A stretch of DNA of 64,000 bases, taken from the NCBI GenBank assembly GCA_964397655.1, contig CAYNKA010000003.1, positions 240,938 through 304,937 of the forward strand, written 5' to 3'. Below the pieces are notes generated by a model. It ran no database searches and had not been told where the DNA came from. It worked only from the letters and a program-made list of their open reading frames with translations. Shown here one piece after another: positions 36,137-45,998 of this stretch. This stretch comes from an uncultured Spirochaetaceae bacterium. Its GTDB lineage: Bacteria > Spirochaetota > Spirochaetia > DTKZ01. A program made the translations under genes and the position numbers. The stretch's first letter is position 1, and every line of letters begins with the position of its first letter.

Positions 36137-36916
36137 ATGAAAACCGATATCGCGAACTTCTTCGGCGCGGCGGCGATCGCCGCGGCCGCCGCGCTCTTCC
36201 CGGCGCTTCCGGCAGGGGCCCAGTCGGTCTTCACGGGAACGCCGAGCGCGGCCGAGCTCCTCGCCCGGGTGGACGCGAACGAGGTCTACGAGAGCATCCG
36301 CTACGAGGGCGAGATGATCGTCGAGTATCAGGGGAAACGCTACGTGAAGCGCTTCAAGGCCTCGGCCAAGGGCAGGCGCGACAGCTTCATCGAGTTCGTC
36401 AACCGCGAGGACCGGGGGACGAAGTACCTGAAGAAGGACGGCCGGCTCTACGTCTATTCGCCGGACACCGAGAAGGTCATGCTCATCTCCGGCCACCTCC
36501 TCAAGGAGTCGATGATGGGATCCGACCTCTCCTACGAGGACGCGATCGACAACGAGACCCTCACGGAACGATACGTCCCGAAGCTCGCGGGGACGGAGGA
36601 CCTCCGGGGCCGCCGCGCCTGGGTCCTCGACCTCGAGGCCAGGAAAAGGACGGAAAGCTACCCGAAGCAGAGGCTCTGGGTGGACGCGGAGAACGGCGAC
36701 CTGCTCCGGGCGGAGTACTTCGCGCTCTCCGGCGCCAAGCTCAAGGAATACGCCCTCCTCAGGGCCGAGCTCATCGGCCGGCGCCGCTTTCCCGTGGAAT
36801 CGGAGATGCGCGACCTCCTCCGCCGAGGAAGCCGGACGGTCTTCGTCATGACCGGCGTGGTCCTCGACGAACCGATCGCCGACTCGACCTTCTCGCTCAG
36901 GAACCTGGAACGATGA
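36137..36916 (+). CDS. LolA-like outer-membrane lipoprotein-sorting family protein (secreted)
   Basis: Signal peptide and LolA-like fold motifs. Typically encoded next to FtsX-type ABC systems. Confidence 0.65.
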   Translation: MKTDIANFFGAAAIAAAAALFPALPAGAQSVFTGTPSAAELLARVDANEVYESIRYEGEMIVEYQGKRYVKRFKASAKGRRDSFIEFVNREDRGTKYLKKDGRLYVYSPDTEKVMLISGHLLKESMMGSDLSYEDAIDNETLTERYVPKLAGTEDLRGRRAWVLDLEARKRTESYPKQRLWVDAENGDLLRAEYFALSGAKLKEYALLRAELIGRRRFPVESEMRDLLRRGSRTVFVMTGVVLDEPIADSTFSLRNLER

Positions 36917-38157
36917 AGCCCGCCCCCTCGGCCCTGCGCGCCGTCCTCGCGGCGGTCGTCCTCTTCGCGGCGGCAGCTTCCGCCCCGGCCGGCGAGGACG
37001 GCGCGACGCTCGCCGGCTCGCTCGAAACCCGTTTCGAGGGCGCCCTCGGCGCCGGGGGCTCGGGCGGTGCCTACTCCGGCTTCGAGGAGTACGCGAACCT
37101 CCGCCTCAAGGCCGCCGTCGGCGAACGGGGGACGGTCCACGCCGCGGCGAACCTGGTCGCGGCCTCGGGGAGCCTCCTCCCGCCGCCCGGAACCGATCCA
37201 GCCTTCGACGCGGGCGAGGGGTACGCCGCGGCCCTTGAAGTCGAGCGGCTCTTCTTCCGCCTGGAATCAGACGCCGCCGACCTCGAGGCCGGCCTGCTCC
37301 GGATGGCCTTCGGCCACGGCCAGGCGTGGAGCCCCCTGGACTTCCTTTCGCCGAAGAATCCGCTCCTCCCGGACGCGCGGCCCCGCGGGATCCTCGGCGC
37401 CTCGACTTCGGCCTTTCCCTCGGCGACTGCCAGGCTCAAGGCCTTCGCGGCGACGGGGAAGGACCCCTACGACGAGAGGCAGGGCGGCGCCGTCTTCGGC
37501 GCCGCCGGCGATCTCCACGGCGAAAAGGCGAGCCTTCAAGCCCTGTACGCGTACGAGGCCCCTTCGGCGGCTTACACGGACGGCGTTCACCGCGCCGGGC
37601 TCTCTCTGAAGCTCGATGCCGAGGCCGCGGTCGTCCTCGAGGGGCTCTACGCGTACGACGGCGCGGCGCGCGAAGGCCTCCGAGGATTCGAGGCCGCGGC
37701 GGGGATCGACTACTCGCTTTTCGCCGGAAAGCTGTACCTCGTCGGCCAGTACCTCTACAACGGGCCGGGGGCCTTGTCGCCCGGCGACGGCCTCGACGCC
37801 CTCTACGATCCCGCGGCCGGCCCCTGGCGGAATACGGCGCCCCGGGACCGGATCCCCGCGGCGGGGGTCCCCTACGACGAGCTCAACCGCCGGAACTACC
37901 TCTATGCGTCCGCCGTCTACGCCTTCGACGACTTCACGAGGACGACGCTCGACTGCGTCGCGGGCCTCGACGACCTCTCCTTCTCCCCCTCGCTCACGGT
38001 CGAGCACGAGCCCTTCCAGGGCGCGGTCTTGAGCCTCTCGCTCCGCCTCCCCCTGGACGAGCGGGTCCTCTCGGGCCGCGGCGACGACGGGGAGCTCGGT
38101 CCGGTCCATTCGGGGATGAGGGCTTCGATCACCGCGAGGGCGAGGTTCAAGTTTTGA
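36913..38157 (+). CDS. Hypothetical secreted / outer-membrane protein, Gly/Ala/Tyr-rich, C-terminal F
   Basis: Signal peptide MKPAPSALRAVLAAVVLFAAAASA and a terminal aromatic residue. 4-nt overlap with the LolA-like gene. Confidence 0.55.
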   Translation: MKPAPSALRAVLAAVVLFAAAASAPAGEDGATLAGSLETRFEGALGAGGSGGAYSGFEEYANLRLKAAVGERGTVHAAANLVAASGSLLPPPGTDPAFDAGEGYAAALEVERLFFRLESDAADLEAGLLRMAFGHGQAWSPLDFLSPKNPLLPDARPRGILGASTSAFPSATARLKAFAATGKDPYDERQGGAVFGAAGDLHGEKASLQALYAYEAPSAAYTDGVHRAGLSLKLDAEAAVVLEGLYAYDGAAREGLRGFEAAAGIDYSLFAGKLYLVGQYLYNGPGALSPGDGLDALYDPAAGPWRNTAPRDRIPAAGVPYDELNRRNYLYASAVYAFDDFTRTTLDCVAGLDDLSFSPSLTVEHEPFQGAVLSLSLRLPLDERVLSGRGDDGELGPVHSGMRASITARARFKF

Positions 38158-38170
38158 CCTCTGCGGCCCT

Positions 38171-39001
38171 CTAGAGCCCGCGGGCGAAGGCCGCGAGTTC
38201 CGCGTCGAATTTTTCCGGCTGCTCGATGAACAAGGCGTGCCCGGCGTCCTCGAAGGCGAGGAACATCCCTCCCATGAGCTCCGCATAGTGCCGGCCCATC
38301 CTCGCCCCGCGTTTGTAGACGTTCGAGTCGGCGGCGAAGACGAAGGAAGGCACCGTCACCGCGGAAAGCGCAGGCGACCGGTCGCCCGCGGCGAAGTCCG
38401 TGTAGATCGCGGAGCCGATCCAGGGCGGGGTCTTTCTGACCTCGCGCACGAGGAGGCGGCGTTCGTCTTCCGGCGCCTTTCCGCCGCGGAACATGTTGTC
38501 CACGAAGGAGGAGGCGAAGCCCGCGGGATCCGCCGCGAGGCTTCCGACCACTCCGGCCATCGCCTCGTAGTTGAAGCCTCGCAGGGCGTGGCTGTTCCAG
38601 TCTTCGGGGTTCATGGGCGCGACGGCCCCGTCCACGATGCCGAGGGCCGCGAGGCGCGGATCGCTCGAATATTTCGTCCAATAGGCGAGAACCACCGAAG
38701 AAGCGAGGGACCAGCCGACGAGGATCGTACCCTCGAGCCCGAGGGACTCCGCGAGTTCCCGCACGTCCTCGGCGTAGCGGTCCACCGTATGACCGGAAAG
38801 GATCTTGCTCGAGTTGCCGTGGCCCCGAAGGTCGGGCGTGACGACGCGGAACTCCCTGCCGAGAACATCCGCGTTCAGGTGCCAGAACGCGGATGAACAG
38901 AGCCAGCCGTGGAGAAGGACGATCGGCCTGCCGCTGCCCCTGTCCTCGTAGTAGAGCTTCGCCCCGTCCGAGGTTTCGAAGTATCCGGTGATTTTACGCA
39001 C
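38171..39001 (-). CDS. Alpha/beta hydrolase fold protein
   Basis: IVLLHGW...HGNS and the GWSLAS nucleophile elbow. Confidence 0.85.
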   Translation of the reverse strand: MRKITGYFETSDGAKLYYEDRGSGRPIVLLHGWLCSSAFWHLNADVLGREFRVVTPDLRGHGNSSKILSGHTVDRYAEDVRELAESLGLEGTILVGWSLASSVVLAYWTKYSSDPRLAALGIVDGAVAPMNPEDWNSHALRGFNYEAMAGVVGSLAADPAGFASSFVDNMFRGGKAPEDERRLLVREVRKTPPWIGSAIYTDFAAGDRSPALSAVTVPSFVFAADSNVYKRGARMGRHYAELMGGMFLAFEDAGHALFIEQPEKFDAELAAFARGL

Positions 39002-39091
39002 GATGTCGCCTCGCCGTGAAAAGGGTGAAACGGCTGCCCGAGAAAGACGATCCGCCGAAGACTGATTCGGAGGGGAGCGTTCCCGGCGTTC

Positions 39092-39166
39092 TCAGGCCGC
39101 GGGCACCCACAGGAGAACCAGGAGTACGGCGAGAAAAATCAGGATCATGAGAATGTCTCTTCCCAT
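39092..39166 (-). CDS. Possible 24-aa hydrophobic micropeptide (MGRDILMILIFLAVLLVLLWVPAA)
   Basis: GAGGAGG RBS 9 nt upstream of the ATG; single predicted TM helix. Unconserved and could be spurious. Confidence 0.25.
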   Translation of the reverse strand: MGRDILMILIFLAVLLVLLWVPAA

Positions 39167-39274
39167 CGACGGAGACCTCCTCGCGGTCGATCGGTGCATA
39201 CAGTGTAGCCGAATTGTCCCGCGGGTACAAGAAAAAAATCGCGGCGATTTCCGATTCGGCGGCCCGGAATTCCT

Positions 39275-39302
39275 TGACAGTCCGGGGGGTCCATTCTACA
39301 GT
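39275..39302 (+). promoter_or_regulatory. Sigma-70-like promoter TTGACA-17-TACAGT upstream of the vWA gene
   Basis: -35 at 39275-39280, -10 at 39297-39302. The predicted TSS is about 5 nt before the ATG at 39314. Confidence 0.45.
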
Positions 39303-39313
39303 TGAATCGTCGT

Positions 39314-40870
39314 ATGCGGCGTACGTTCACCGGCCTTGCAGTGTCAGCCTTGCTCCTCCTCACCGCGGCGCGGACCGCGGCGGACGATCTCGCGATCGAC
39401 GCCGGCGACGTCAGGATCGAAACCGGGGCCGACGGAGGCTTCGACCTCTACGTCCGCGCCAAGCCGGGGCTCGGATCGATCCTGCTCACCGAATCGACGA
39501 AGGACCCCGCGGGGAAGGCGGATAATTTCGCCTACAGGGCCGCGGAATACAATCCGGTGAACGGCGACGAGAAGCGCATGCTCAACGGCAAGCTGATCTC
39601 CGCCTCGAGCAGGATCTACTCCCTCGTCTCCTCGACCCCGCTCCCCGACGAGAAGTTCGGCACGGCCTTTCGCATCTACGTCCCGCCGGTGCTCCACTAC
39701 GGCTATCCCTGGAGCAGGTCAGGGACCGTGGCGGTCGGAAAGGGGACCTTCCTCAACATCAGGGCCTTCGCGAAACCCTATGCGGACTATGCGGGCCCGT
39801 TCAGGGACAATCCCTACCAGATGAGCATCACCGTGGAACCTCCCCCCGTCGTGGACGAGCAGCCGGCGCCGCCCGAGGAGCCGCCGACCGACGACAGCAC
39901 GTCGGCCAAGTTCGGTTCTCTCCTCGGCGAGGCGAAGGGGACCCTCGACCTCGTCATCTGCCTGGACACGACGGAGAGCATGTCTCCCTACATCGACGAC
40001 ATCAAGAAGGGCCTCGGCCCCATCCTCGAGCGGCGCACGGCCGGCTTCTCGAGCTACCGTCTCGGGATAGTTCTCTATAGGGACTACTGGCCCGACGAGT
40101 ACATAACGAGAAGGTTTCCCTACACATCCGAGATTCCGAAGCTCATGGGGATCGTGAATGCCGTGAGGACCGACGGGGGAAGGGACCTTCCCGAGGCCCT
40201 GAACGAGGCCCTGTATTCCGCGGCTACGGATTTCGACTGGACCGCGGACCGACGGCAGATCATCTTCCTCACGGACGCCGCCCCCCACGTCGCCCCCAAG
40301 GGGAAGATCGATTATTCGGACGTCCTCCGGGAAACAGGAAAGCGCGGGATCGAGATAGACGCGATCATCGAACCGCCGGTCATCCCGCCGCCGAAGCAGT
40401 CGCGCACGGGATTCGACAACGTGAGGAAGCGCCTCGCCGCCCTCAAGACCGCTCCGGGCGCGGACAGGCCCCGTCTCCTCGTCCTCGTAGCGGGGCCCGA
40501 CGGAGCGAAGCGGGCCGACGAGGTCAAGGCGAAGCTCCTCGCACCGCTCGGTACCGCGGGAGGGCCCGACGTGTCCGGGCCGAGGGAGTTCGCCCCGCGC
40601 GAAGGCGCGCCGGCCTCTCCGGGCCCCTGGTACGCGGCCATCGACGGCGACGCCATCGGTGCCGCCAAGGCCGAAGGCGCGGCCCTCGTCCTCCTGATCT
40701 CGACCCTGGCCCCGCCCGCCTCCTCCCGTTCCGCGAGCGCCATGTCGCTCACCGTGTCACGGCTCCTCGACGCGGCTACCGGCAAGGAGCTCGAACGCGA
40801 CGTGCTCTGGCGCGTCGGCCTCCCCTCGGGCGAGGAGGCCCTGTTCCCCAACGGCTTCAGGGAGAAGTAG
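39314..40870 (+). CDS. Secreted von Willebrand factor A domain protein
   Basis: Signal peptide and a vWA MIDAS-like DTTESMS...LVICLD...IIFLTDAAP motif. An alternative TTG start lies at 39302. Confidence 0.75.
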   Translation: MRRTFTGLAVSALLLLTAARTAADDLAIDAGDVRIETGADGGFDLYVRAKPGLGSILLTESTKDPAGKADNFAYRAAEYNPVNGDEKRMLNGKLISASSRIYSLVSSTPLPDEKFGTAFRIYVPPVLHYGYPWSRSGTVAVGKGTFLNIRAFAKPYADYAGPFRDNPYQMSITVEPPPVVDEQPAPPEEPPTDDSTSAKFGSLLGEAKGTLDLVICLDTTESMSPYIDDIKKGLGPILERRTAGFSSYRLGIVLYRDYWPDEYITRRFPYTSEIPKLMGIVNAVRTDGGRDLPEALNEALYSAATDFDWTADRRQIIFLTDAAPHVAPKGKIDYSDVLRETGKRGIEIDAIIEPPVIPPPKQSRTGFDNVRKRLAALKTAPGADRPRLLVLVAGPDGAKRADEVKAKLLAPLGTAGGPDVSGPREFAPREGAPASPGPWYAAIDGDAIGAAKAEGAALVLLISTLAPPASSRSASAMSLTVSRLLDAATGKELERDVLWRVGLPSGEEALFPNGFREK

Positions 40871-43064
40871 CGGCGCCCCCGCCCTCTTCCTCCTCGGCAC
40901 CCAGGAGCGCCTGGAAACCGAAGTAAACAAGGGCGAGTGCGTTCGTCTCGTCCAGCCGCGCGGCGTCGAAATCGAGGATCGCCTGACGGATGTGCGAATG
41001 CGGCGGGCGGGCGATTCCGCGGCCCAAGGACTCCCTCATCATATTCAGGATCGTTTCGTATTCGCCCGCGCGGTACGCCTCCGGAATGCGGCCGGAGTTC
41101 CTGTAGAAGACGTCGATCTGCCTGGCCTCGTCGAGGAGGAGTCCCAGGCCGGAACACCGCTCGACGTTCTCCTTCTGGAAGACGCCGTTCAGGGCCGGGG
41201 AGAACGACAGCATCCTCGCGAAGACCGAGAACAACGCCTGCTTGGAACTGCGTTCCGGGTAGGCGTTCGCCACGTCGAAGAGCGACCGAAGATAGGGACC
41301 GCCGCCGTCGGCGGTCAGGATGGCGATGACGTAGTTCATCGATTCCCACACCGTATTGTCCCGGTCCCGCGAGAGCTCGATGAATTTCCCCGTATGTTCC
41401 CTGTTTCCTATCCGCGCGAGGGACTTCGCCGCGCTCGACCGGATTCGCGGGGACGGGTCGTCCAGGAAGGCGACGAGGCGTTCCTCCACCCTCCGGTCCG
41501 GGTATGCGCCGAGGGCGAAGACCGCCGTCGCCCTGTGGTAGGAGCCGGGATCGTTCGCGATGTCGAGGATCGCGGGCAGGAGTTTCGGTCTCGGCTTGGA
41601 GAAGAGCGACTTGAGGACCTCCTCCGTCTCCGAGGACAGGGGGTTCTTCAGGATGTTCCTGATCTCCTTGAGGGCGAAGGGCGCGGAATTGTACTTGAGC
41701 GACATGAGGATCGTCTGCCTCTTCTCGGGGTCCGCCGTCTTGTCGAGGTAATGCACGTCGATGAGGCTCTTCAGGTTTTCGAAAGAGGTGAACACGCCGC
41801 CCGCCCCCGGGAAATCGTCGTCCTCCTTCTCGACGATCAGGGTGCCCAGGAAGACGCTCGTCAGGGAAAGCGCCGAGGCCGTCAGGAAGACGAGATAGTA
41901 CTGGTTCGCGAACGACGGACGGAAGCCCTCCCCGGCGTCCGCGGCGAATCCCGCGGCGAAGCCGAACAGAAGGGCGAAGAGGCCGGCCGCGAAATTGATC
42001 ATGGAATTGTAGGTGACGTGCTCCTTCGGAGGGGTCGAGAAGATCATGTTCTTCGCGATCATCGACTGGTTGACGCCCTTCGTGAACATCGAGACGAAGC
42101 CGAGGGCGAAGAGCAGCGTTACCGGCGTCGAGGGAAGAACGAAGGCCCAGGCGGCGAAGAACACCACGTCGCAGACGCAGGTGGCAACGATGAAAGGCCG
42201 GCTCCGCACCCGATCGATGAAGGGTCTCGTCATGTACATCGACAGCGTCGTCGCCGTCGCCGTGACGAGGGTGTAGAGAAAGACGAGGTTCTGCGGGAGA
42301 CCCGACACCTTTTTCAGGAGCGGGATCGTGAAGCCGATGAACACGGTGAGGGAGAGATAATTCCAGTACAGGAGCATCGAGAGGAACCGGCCGCGGTTTC
42401 CCGCGTTGCGGACGAACACGGCCCAGACGTTCTGTCCGGGCGGAATGTCCACCTTCTCCCTGCAGGGAATCTTCCTGATGAAGAGGCTCGCCACGGTGTT
42501 GAACACGAAGCCCGCGGCCTGAAGGATGAGGAGCCCGGCGAGGCCCTTGAAGGATTCGATCGACACGATGACGAAGCTGAAGATCCTCCCGAAGATGCTC
42601 CCGAAGTTGAAATACGCGGTATTGTGCGTGAGCATGTTCCCCAGGTTCGAGGGGGTGGAGAGCATCTGGACCACGGGATTGTTCAGGCTCACGCCGACGG
42701 TCCTGAACAGGCAGAAGAGCGTGTAGGAGGCCATGACGACGGCCACCGCCGCCTGCCCCGACACGAAGAGGACGAGGGCGTTCACGAGCCCGACCAGGCC
42801 CCTGAGGAACCAGGCCCAGAAGAAAACGCCGATCAGGTTCCTCCCGTCGACGATCCTCGGGGTCACGACGAGAATCACCCCGCTCAGGTACATGAGCGAC
42901 GAGATGTAGCCGAGCTGGACGTTGGACGCCCCGAAATGGATGGCGAGAAGGTAGATCGTGGTGTCCGCGAGGAAGCCGAAGCCCAGGCCGTTGAACAGCG
43001 CGAACGAGAAATAATGCTTCCTTCCGCGTTCTCTTTCCTGTTGCGACAGAAAATGCGTCTTCAT
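40857..43064 (-). CDS. MFS transporter fused to a C-terminal HEAT-repeat domain
   Basis: 12-TM MFS core, then PDRRVEERLVAFLDDPSPRIRSSAAKSLARIGN HEAT-like repeats. Confidence 0.7.
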   Translation of the reverse strand: MKTHFLSQQERERGRKHYFSFALFNGLGFGFLADTTIYLLAIHFGASNVQLGYISSLMYLSGVILVVTPRIVDGRNLIGVFFWAWFLRGLVGLVNALVLFVSGQAAVAVVMASYTLFCLFRTVGVSLNNPVVQMLSTPSNLGNMLTHNTAYFNFGSIFGRIFSFVIVSIESFKGLAGLLILQAAGFVFNTVASLFIRKIPCREKVDIPPGQNVWAVFVRNAGNRGRFLSMLLYWNYLSLTVFIGFTIPLLKKVSGLPQNLVFLYTLVTATATTLSMYMTRPFIDRVRSRPFIVATCVCDVVFFAAWAFVLPSTPVTLLFALGFVSMFTKGVNQSMIAKNMIFSTPPKEHVTYNSMINFAAGLFALLFGFAAGFAADAGEGFRPSFANQYYLVFLTASALSLTSVFLGTLIVEKEDDDFPGAGGVFTSFENLKSLIDVHYLDKTADPEKRQTILMSLKYNSAPFALKEIRNILKNPLSSETEEVLKSLFSKPRPKLLPAILDIANDPGSYHRATAVFALGAYPDRRVEERLVAFLDDPSPRIRSSAAKSLARIGNREHTGKFIELSRDRDNTVWESMNYVIAILTADGGGPYLRSLFDVANAYPERSSKQALFSVFARMLSFSPALNGVFQKENVERCSGLGLLLDEARQIDVFYRNSGRIPEAYRAGEYETILNMMRESLGRGIARPPHSHIRQAILDFDAARLDETNALALVYFGFQALLGAEEEEGGGAATSP

Positions 43065-43398
43065 GGTCTCGACTCGATTCTAAAGTCAAGCCGCTCCGGG
43101 ATTCAAGGAAAATCGTCGGAGAAATGAAGAAATACTATCGGCCCGTCGAGGCCGATCTATTCCATCGCCGGAACTTCGCGATCACGGCGTCGCCCAGGGT
43201 TCGAAACTCACCCCGTTCGTCCCGAAGTTCGAGTCGAGCTTGCCGCCCCGAGTTCGGCACAATTACTTCCGGTTTTCGAATCACGCCGGCCTGGGCGAGA
43301 GAGATGCCCCGGCGGAGTCCCGGAAGAGAAAGAGCCGAAGAGGGAATTCGGATCCCATCATTCGCGTTTTCGCTTATACTTGGGGAAGGGGGCGAAGG

Positions 43399-44253
43399 AT
43401 GAACGCGACAAGACGGATAGAAAAAATCATCACGGCGAGGCCGACCGTCGAGGGAGCCGGAGTTCACCTGAAGCGGGTCTTCGGCTTCGGGAACGAGAAC
43501 CTGTTCGATCCCTTCCTCCTGCTCGACGATTTCCGGTCCTCCGATCCGGCGAGCTACCTTCCGGGCTTTCCCTGGCATCCCCATCGGGGCATCGAAACGA
43601 TAACCTACGTCCTCGAAGGCCGCGTCGAGCACGGGGACAGCATGGGAAACACCGGCCTGATAGGGCCCGGAGACATCCAGTGGATGACCGCGGGGAGCGG
43701 CATCATCCATCAGGAGATGCCCAAGGGCGACGGGGCGGGGCGCATGGGAGGCTTCCAGCTCTGGGCGAACCTGCCGGCCTCGCGGAAGATGATGCCGCCG
43801 CGCTACCGCGACGTCCTCCGCTCCACGGTGCCCGAGGTAACGGCCGAAGGAGGAGCGGTCGTCCGCGTCATCGCCGGCGAGGTCAACGGCGCGCGCGGAC
43901 CGGTCCACGACATCGTCATCGATCCCGAATACCTCGACGTCTCCCTCCCGGCGCAGGCGCGGTTCGTCCACGGCGTACCCGAGAACCACACGGTCTTCGC
44001 CTACGTCATCGAAGGAGAGTGTTACGTCGGCCAGGAGAAAAAGGAAGTCATACTCATGAATTCCCTCGTGCTTTTCGGCGCCGGCGAGGAAGTCGAGCTC
44101 ACCGCGGGGAGGGCCCGGGCCCGGTTCCTCCTCGTCTCGGGAAAGCCCCTCCGGGAACCGATAGCCTGGTACGGGCCCATCGTGATGAACACCCGGACCG
44201 AGCTCGAGACGGCCATGGAAGAATACCGGAACGGAACCTTCATCAAGGGGTAA
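43399..44253 (+). CDS. Pirin family protein (cupin)
   Basis: FPWHPHRGIETITYVLEGRVEHGDSMGN metal-binding motif. RBS before the ATG at 43399. Confidence 0.88.
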   Translation: MNATRRIEKIITARPTVEGAGVHLKRVFGFGNENLFDPFLLLDDFRSSDPASYLPGFPWHPHRGIETITYVLEGRVEHGDSMGNTGLIGPGDIQWMTAGSGIIHQEMPKGDGAGRMGGFQLWANLPASRKMMPPRYRDVLRSTVPEVTAEGGAVVRVIAGEVNGARGPVHDIVIDPEYLDVSLPAQARFVHGVPENHTVFAYVIEGECYVGQEKKEVILMNSLVLFGAGEEVELTAGRARARFLLVSGKPLREPIAWYGPIVMNTRTELETAMEEYRNGTFIKG

Positions 44254-44309
44254 AGAAAAAAGGTAATCCGTGTTCGGAGTTTTCTATAGTCAAAAAGGGG
44301 GCGATCGCA

Positions 44310-45926
44310 ATGAATCGGAAACAGGTCCGTTCCTTGGTCTCGCGCGCTCTGGCCTTCGCGAGTTTTCTCAGCTGGTGCCTCGGCTTGGTCCTTCTCATCA
44401 CTCTCGCCAGGAACCGGTCCGGGGGCACCGGCTTGAACGCAGCCATGCCCTTCCTGTTCGCGCCCTACTTCATCGGCCCCTGGATGACGAAGCGCATCAC
44501 GGACAATATGGGCGCCGCGGTCGCGGCCTTTTTTTTCCCGGTTTTCGTCCTTCCCGTGGTGACCTTCTACCGGCTCTTCGAGGATTTCCCGGTCACGAAG
44601 AATCAGCGGACCTTCCTTCTCGAGATCGCCGTCCGCAGCACCTATGGCCCCCGGATGGAGGAGGTCGATGCGCTCTTAAGGAAGTCGGTCGATTTCAACC
44701 GGAAAATCGGGAACGATCCGCTTCTCGTCCACTGCGCCAGGTCCAAAAAAACCGCGCTCTTTTCCCGGCTGCTCGCCGCGGGCGCGGATCCGAACGCCTC
44801 GGGCGAAGAGGGCTGGACTTCCCTGATGTACGCGAGCAACTTCGGCGACCTCGATTCCCTCCGGCTCCTCCTGGAAAGGAAGGCGGACACGGAAAGGAAA
44901 AACATAAAACAGGAGACCGCCCTCTACATCGCGGCGGCGAACGACCGGGCGTCGGCCGTCGGGCTTCTCCTCGAGCACGGGGCCGCAGTCGACGCGAGGG
45001 TCGCCGAAGGCTGGACCTCCCTGATGATCGCGGTTCGATTGGGCCACCGCGAAGTCGTCCTCGCGCTTACGGCCGCGGGCGCCGACGTGAACGCGAAGAA
45101 CTCAGCGGGCCTGACCGCGCTCCATATCGCGGCTTGGCACGGAAAGACGGAAACGGCGGAAATTCTCCTCGAGAGGAATGCCGACCCGAACGCCCGCAGC
45201 GACAAGGGCGAGACGGCCCTGGAATTCGCGCTTAAGCAGGTAAGGCTGGATTGTGCGGAACTCCTCCTCCGCAAGGGAGCGGTCGCCGACGAGTCGAGCC
45301 TGGAGTCGCTGAATAGGCTCAGAGAAGCGGCGCTCCGGGTGGAAACCGACTTGAAGCGACACGACGAAGACCGGAAAAAAGGACTCCGCGAGGTTTTCCA
45401 CTGGAGGGACGGAGACTTCGCCGACGGGGACGAGACCGAAGTCGGGATGATCCGCTCCGAAAACCGGTCCGCGATCGCTTGGTTCGAGGCCCAAAACTTT
45501 CCTCCGATCCCGACCTTCGCCGGCGAGAAAGGAGCGGCTGATTACTGCTTCGACCTGGCCGTCTCGGCGAAGAACTCCGGCGTCGTGAAAGAAGCCTGGG
45601 CAGGCTTCCATCAGGCCCTCCGCCGTTTCGCCGCGATGGGGGACGAGAAGATGACCGGCCTCGCCTGCTTCAACCTCGGCCAGGTCTACGGGACCATGGG
45701 AGACTGGCCCGCAGCCCTCCTCATGTTCCGGCAAAGCGCCTTCTTTGCCGCGAAGGTCGGGGACGAGAAGGGCCTTGCATGGAGCCTTTACTACCTGGGC
45801 GACGTCTGCGTCAGGCAGGGCGACAAGGCCGAAGGCAGGGATCATTGGCTCCGGGCCAAGGATATCTTCGGACGAATATCGCCGGAGAACGCAAGGAACC
45901 TTGAAAAGGCCTTGGCTGGAATCTGA
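44310..45926 (+). CDS. Membrane-anchored ankyrin-repeat protein with a C-terminal TPR-like region
   Basis: N-terminal TM helices, at least 5 ankyrin repeats (GWTSLMYASNFGDLDSLRLLL..., GLTALHIAAWHGKTETAEILL...), then a TPR-like tail. Confidence 0.75.
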   Translation: MNRKQVRSLVSRALAFASFLSWCLGLVLLITLARNRSGGTGLNAAMPFLFAPYFIGPWMTKRITDNMGAAVAAFFFPVFVLPVVTFYRLFEDFPVTKNQRTFLLEIAVRSTYGPRMEEVDALLRKSVDFNRKIGNDPLLVHCARSKKTALFSRLLAAGADPNASGEEGWTSLMYASNFGDLDSLRLLLERKADTERKNIKQETALYIAAANDRASAVGLLLEHGAAVDARVAEGWTSLMIAVRLGHREVVLALTAAGADVNAKNSAGLTALHIAAWHGKTETAEILLERNADPNARSDKGETALEFALKQVRLDCAELLLRKGAVADESSLESLNRLREAALRVETDLKRHDEDRKKGLREVFHWRDGDFADGDETEVGMIRSENRSAIAWFEAQNFPPIPTFAGEKGAADYCFDLAVSAKNSGVVKEAWAGFHQALRRFAAMGDEKMTGLACFNLGQVYGTMGDWPAALLMFRQSAFFAAKVGDEKGLAWSLYYLGDVCVRQGDKAEGRDHWLRAKDIFGRISPENARNLEKALAGI

Positions 45927-45998
45927 CCGTTTTCCTTTCCGCCCTCCGCTTCCGTGAATTCCGCGACAGCGGCGGAAAAAATGTGCTAAACTTCCGAT

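Noticed and set aside
43065-43398. 334-nt divergent intergenic region (MFS-HEAT / pirin), inspected for promoters or a small RNA
   Set aside because: Only a weak -10-like TATACT is present, with no convincing -35 or terminator-delimited sRNA; it was not called.
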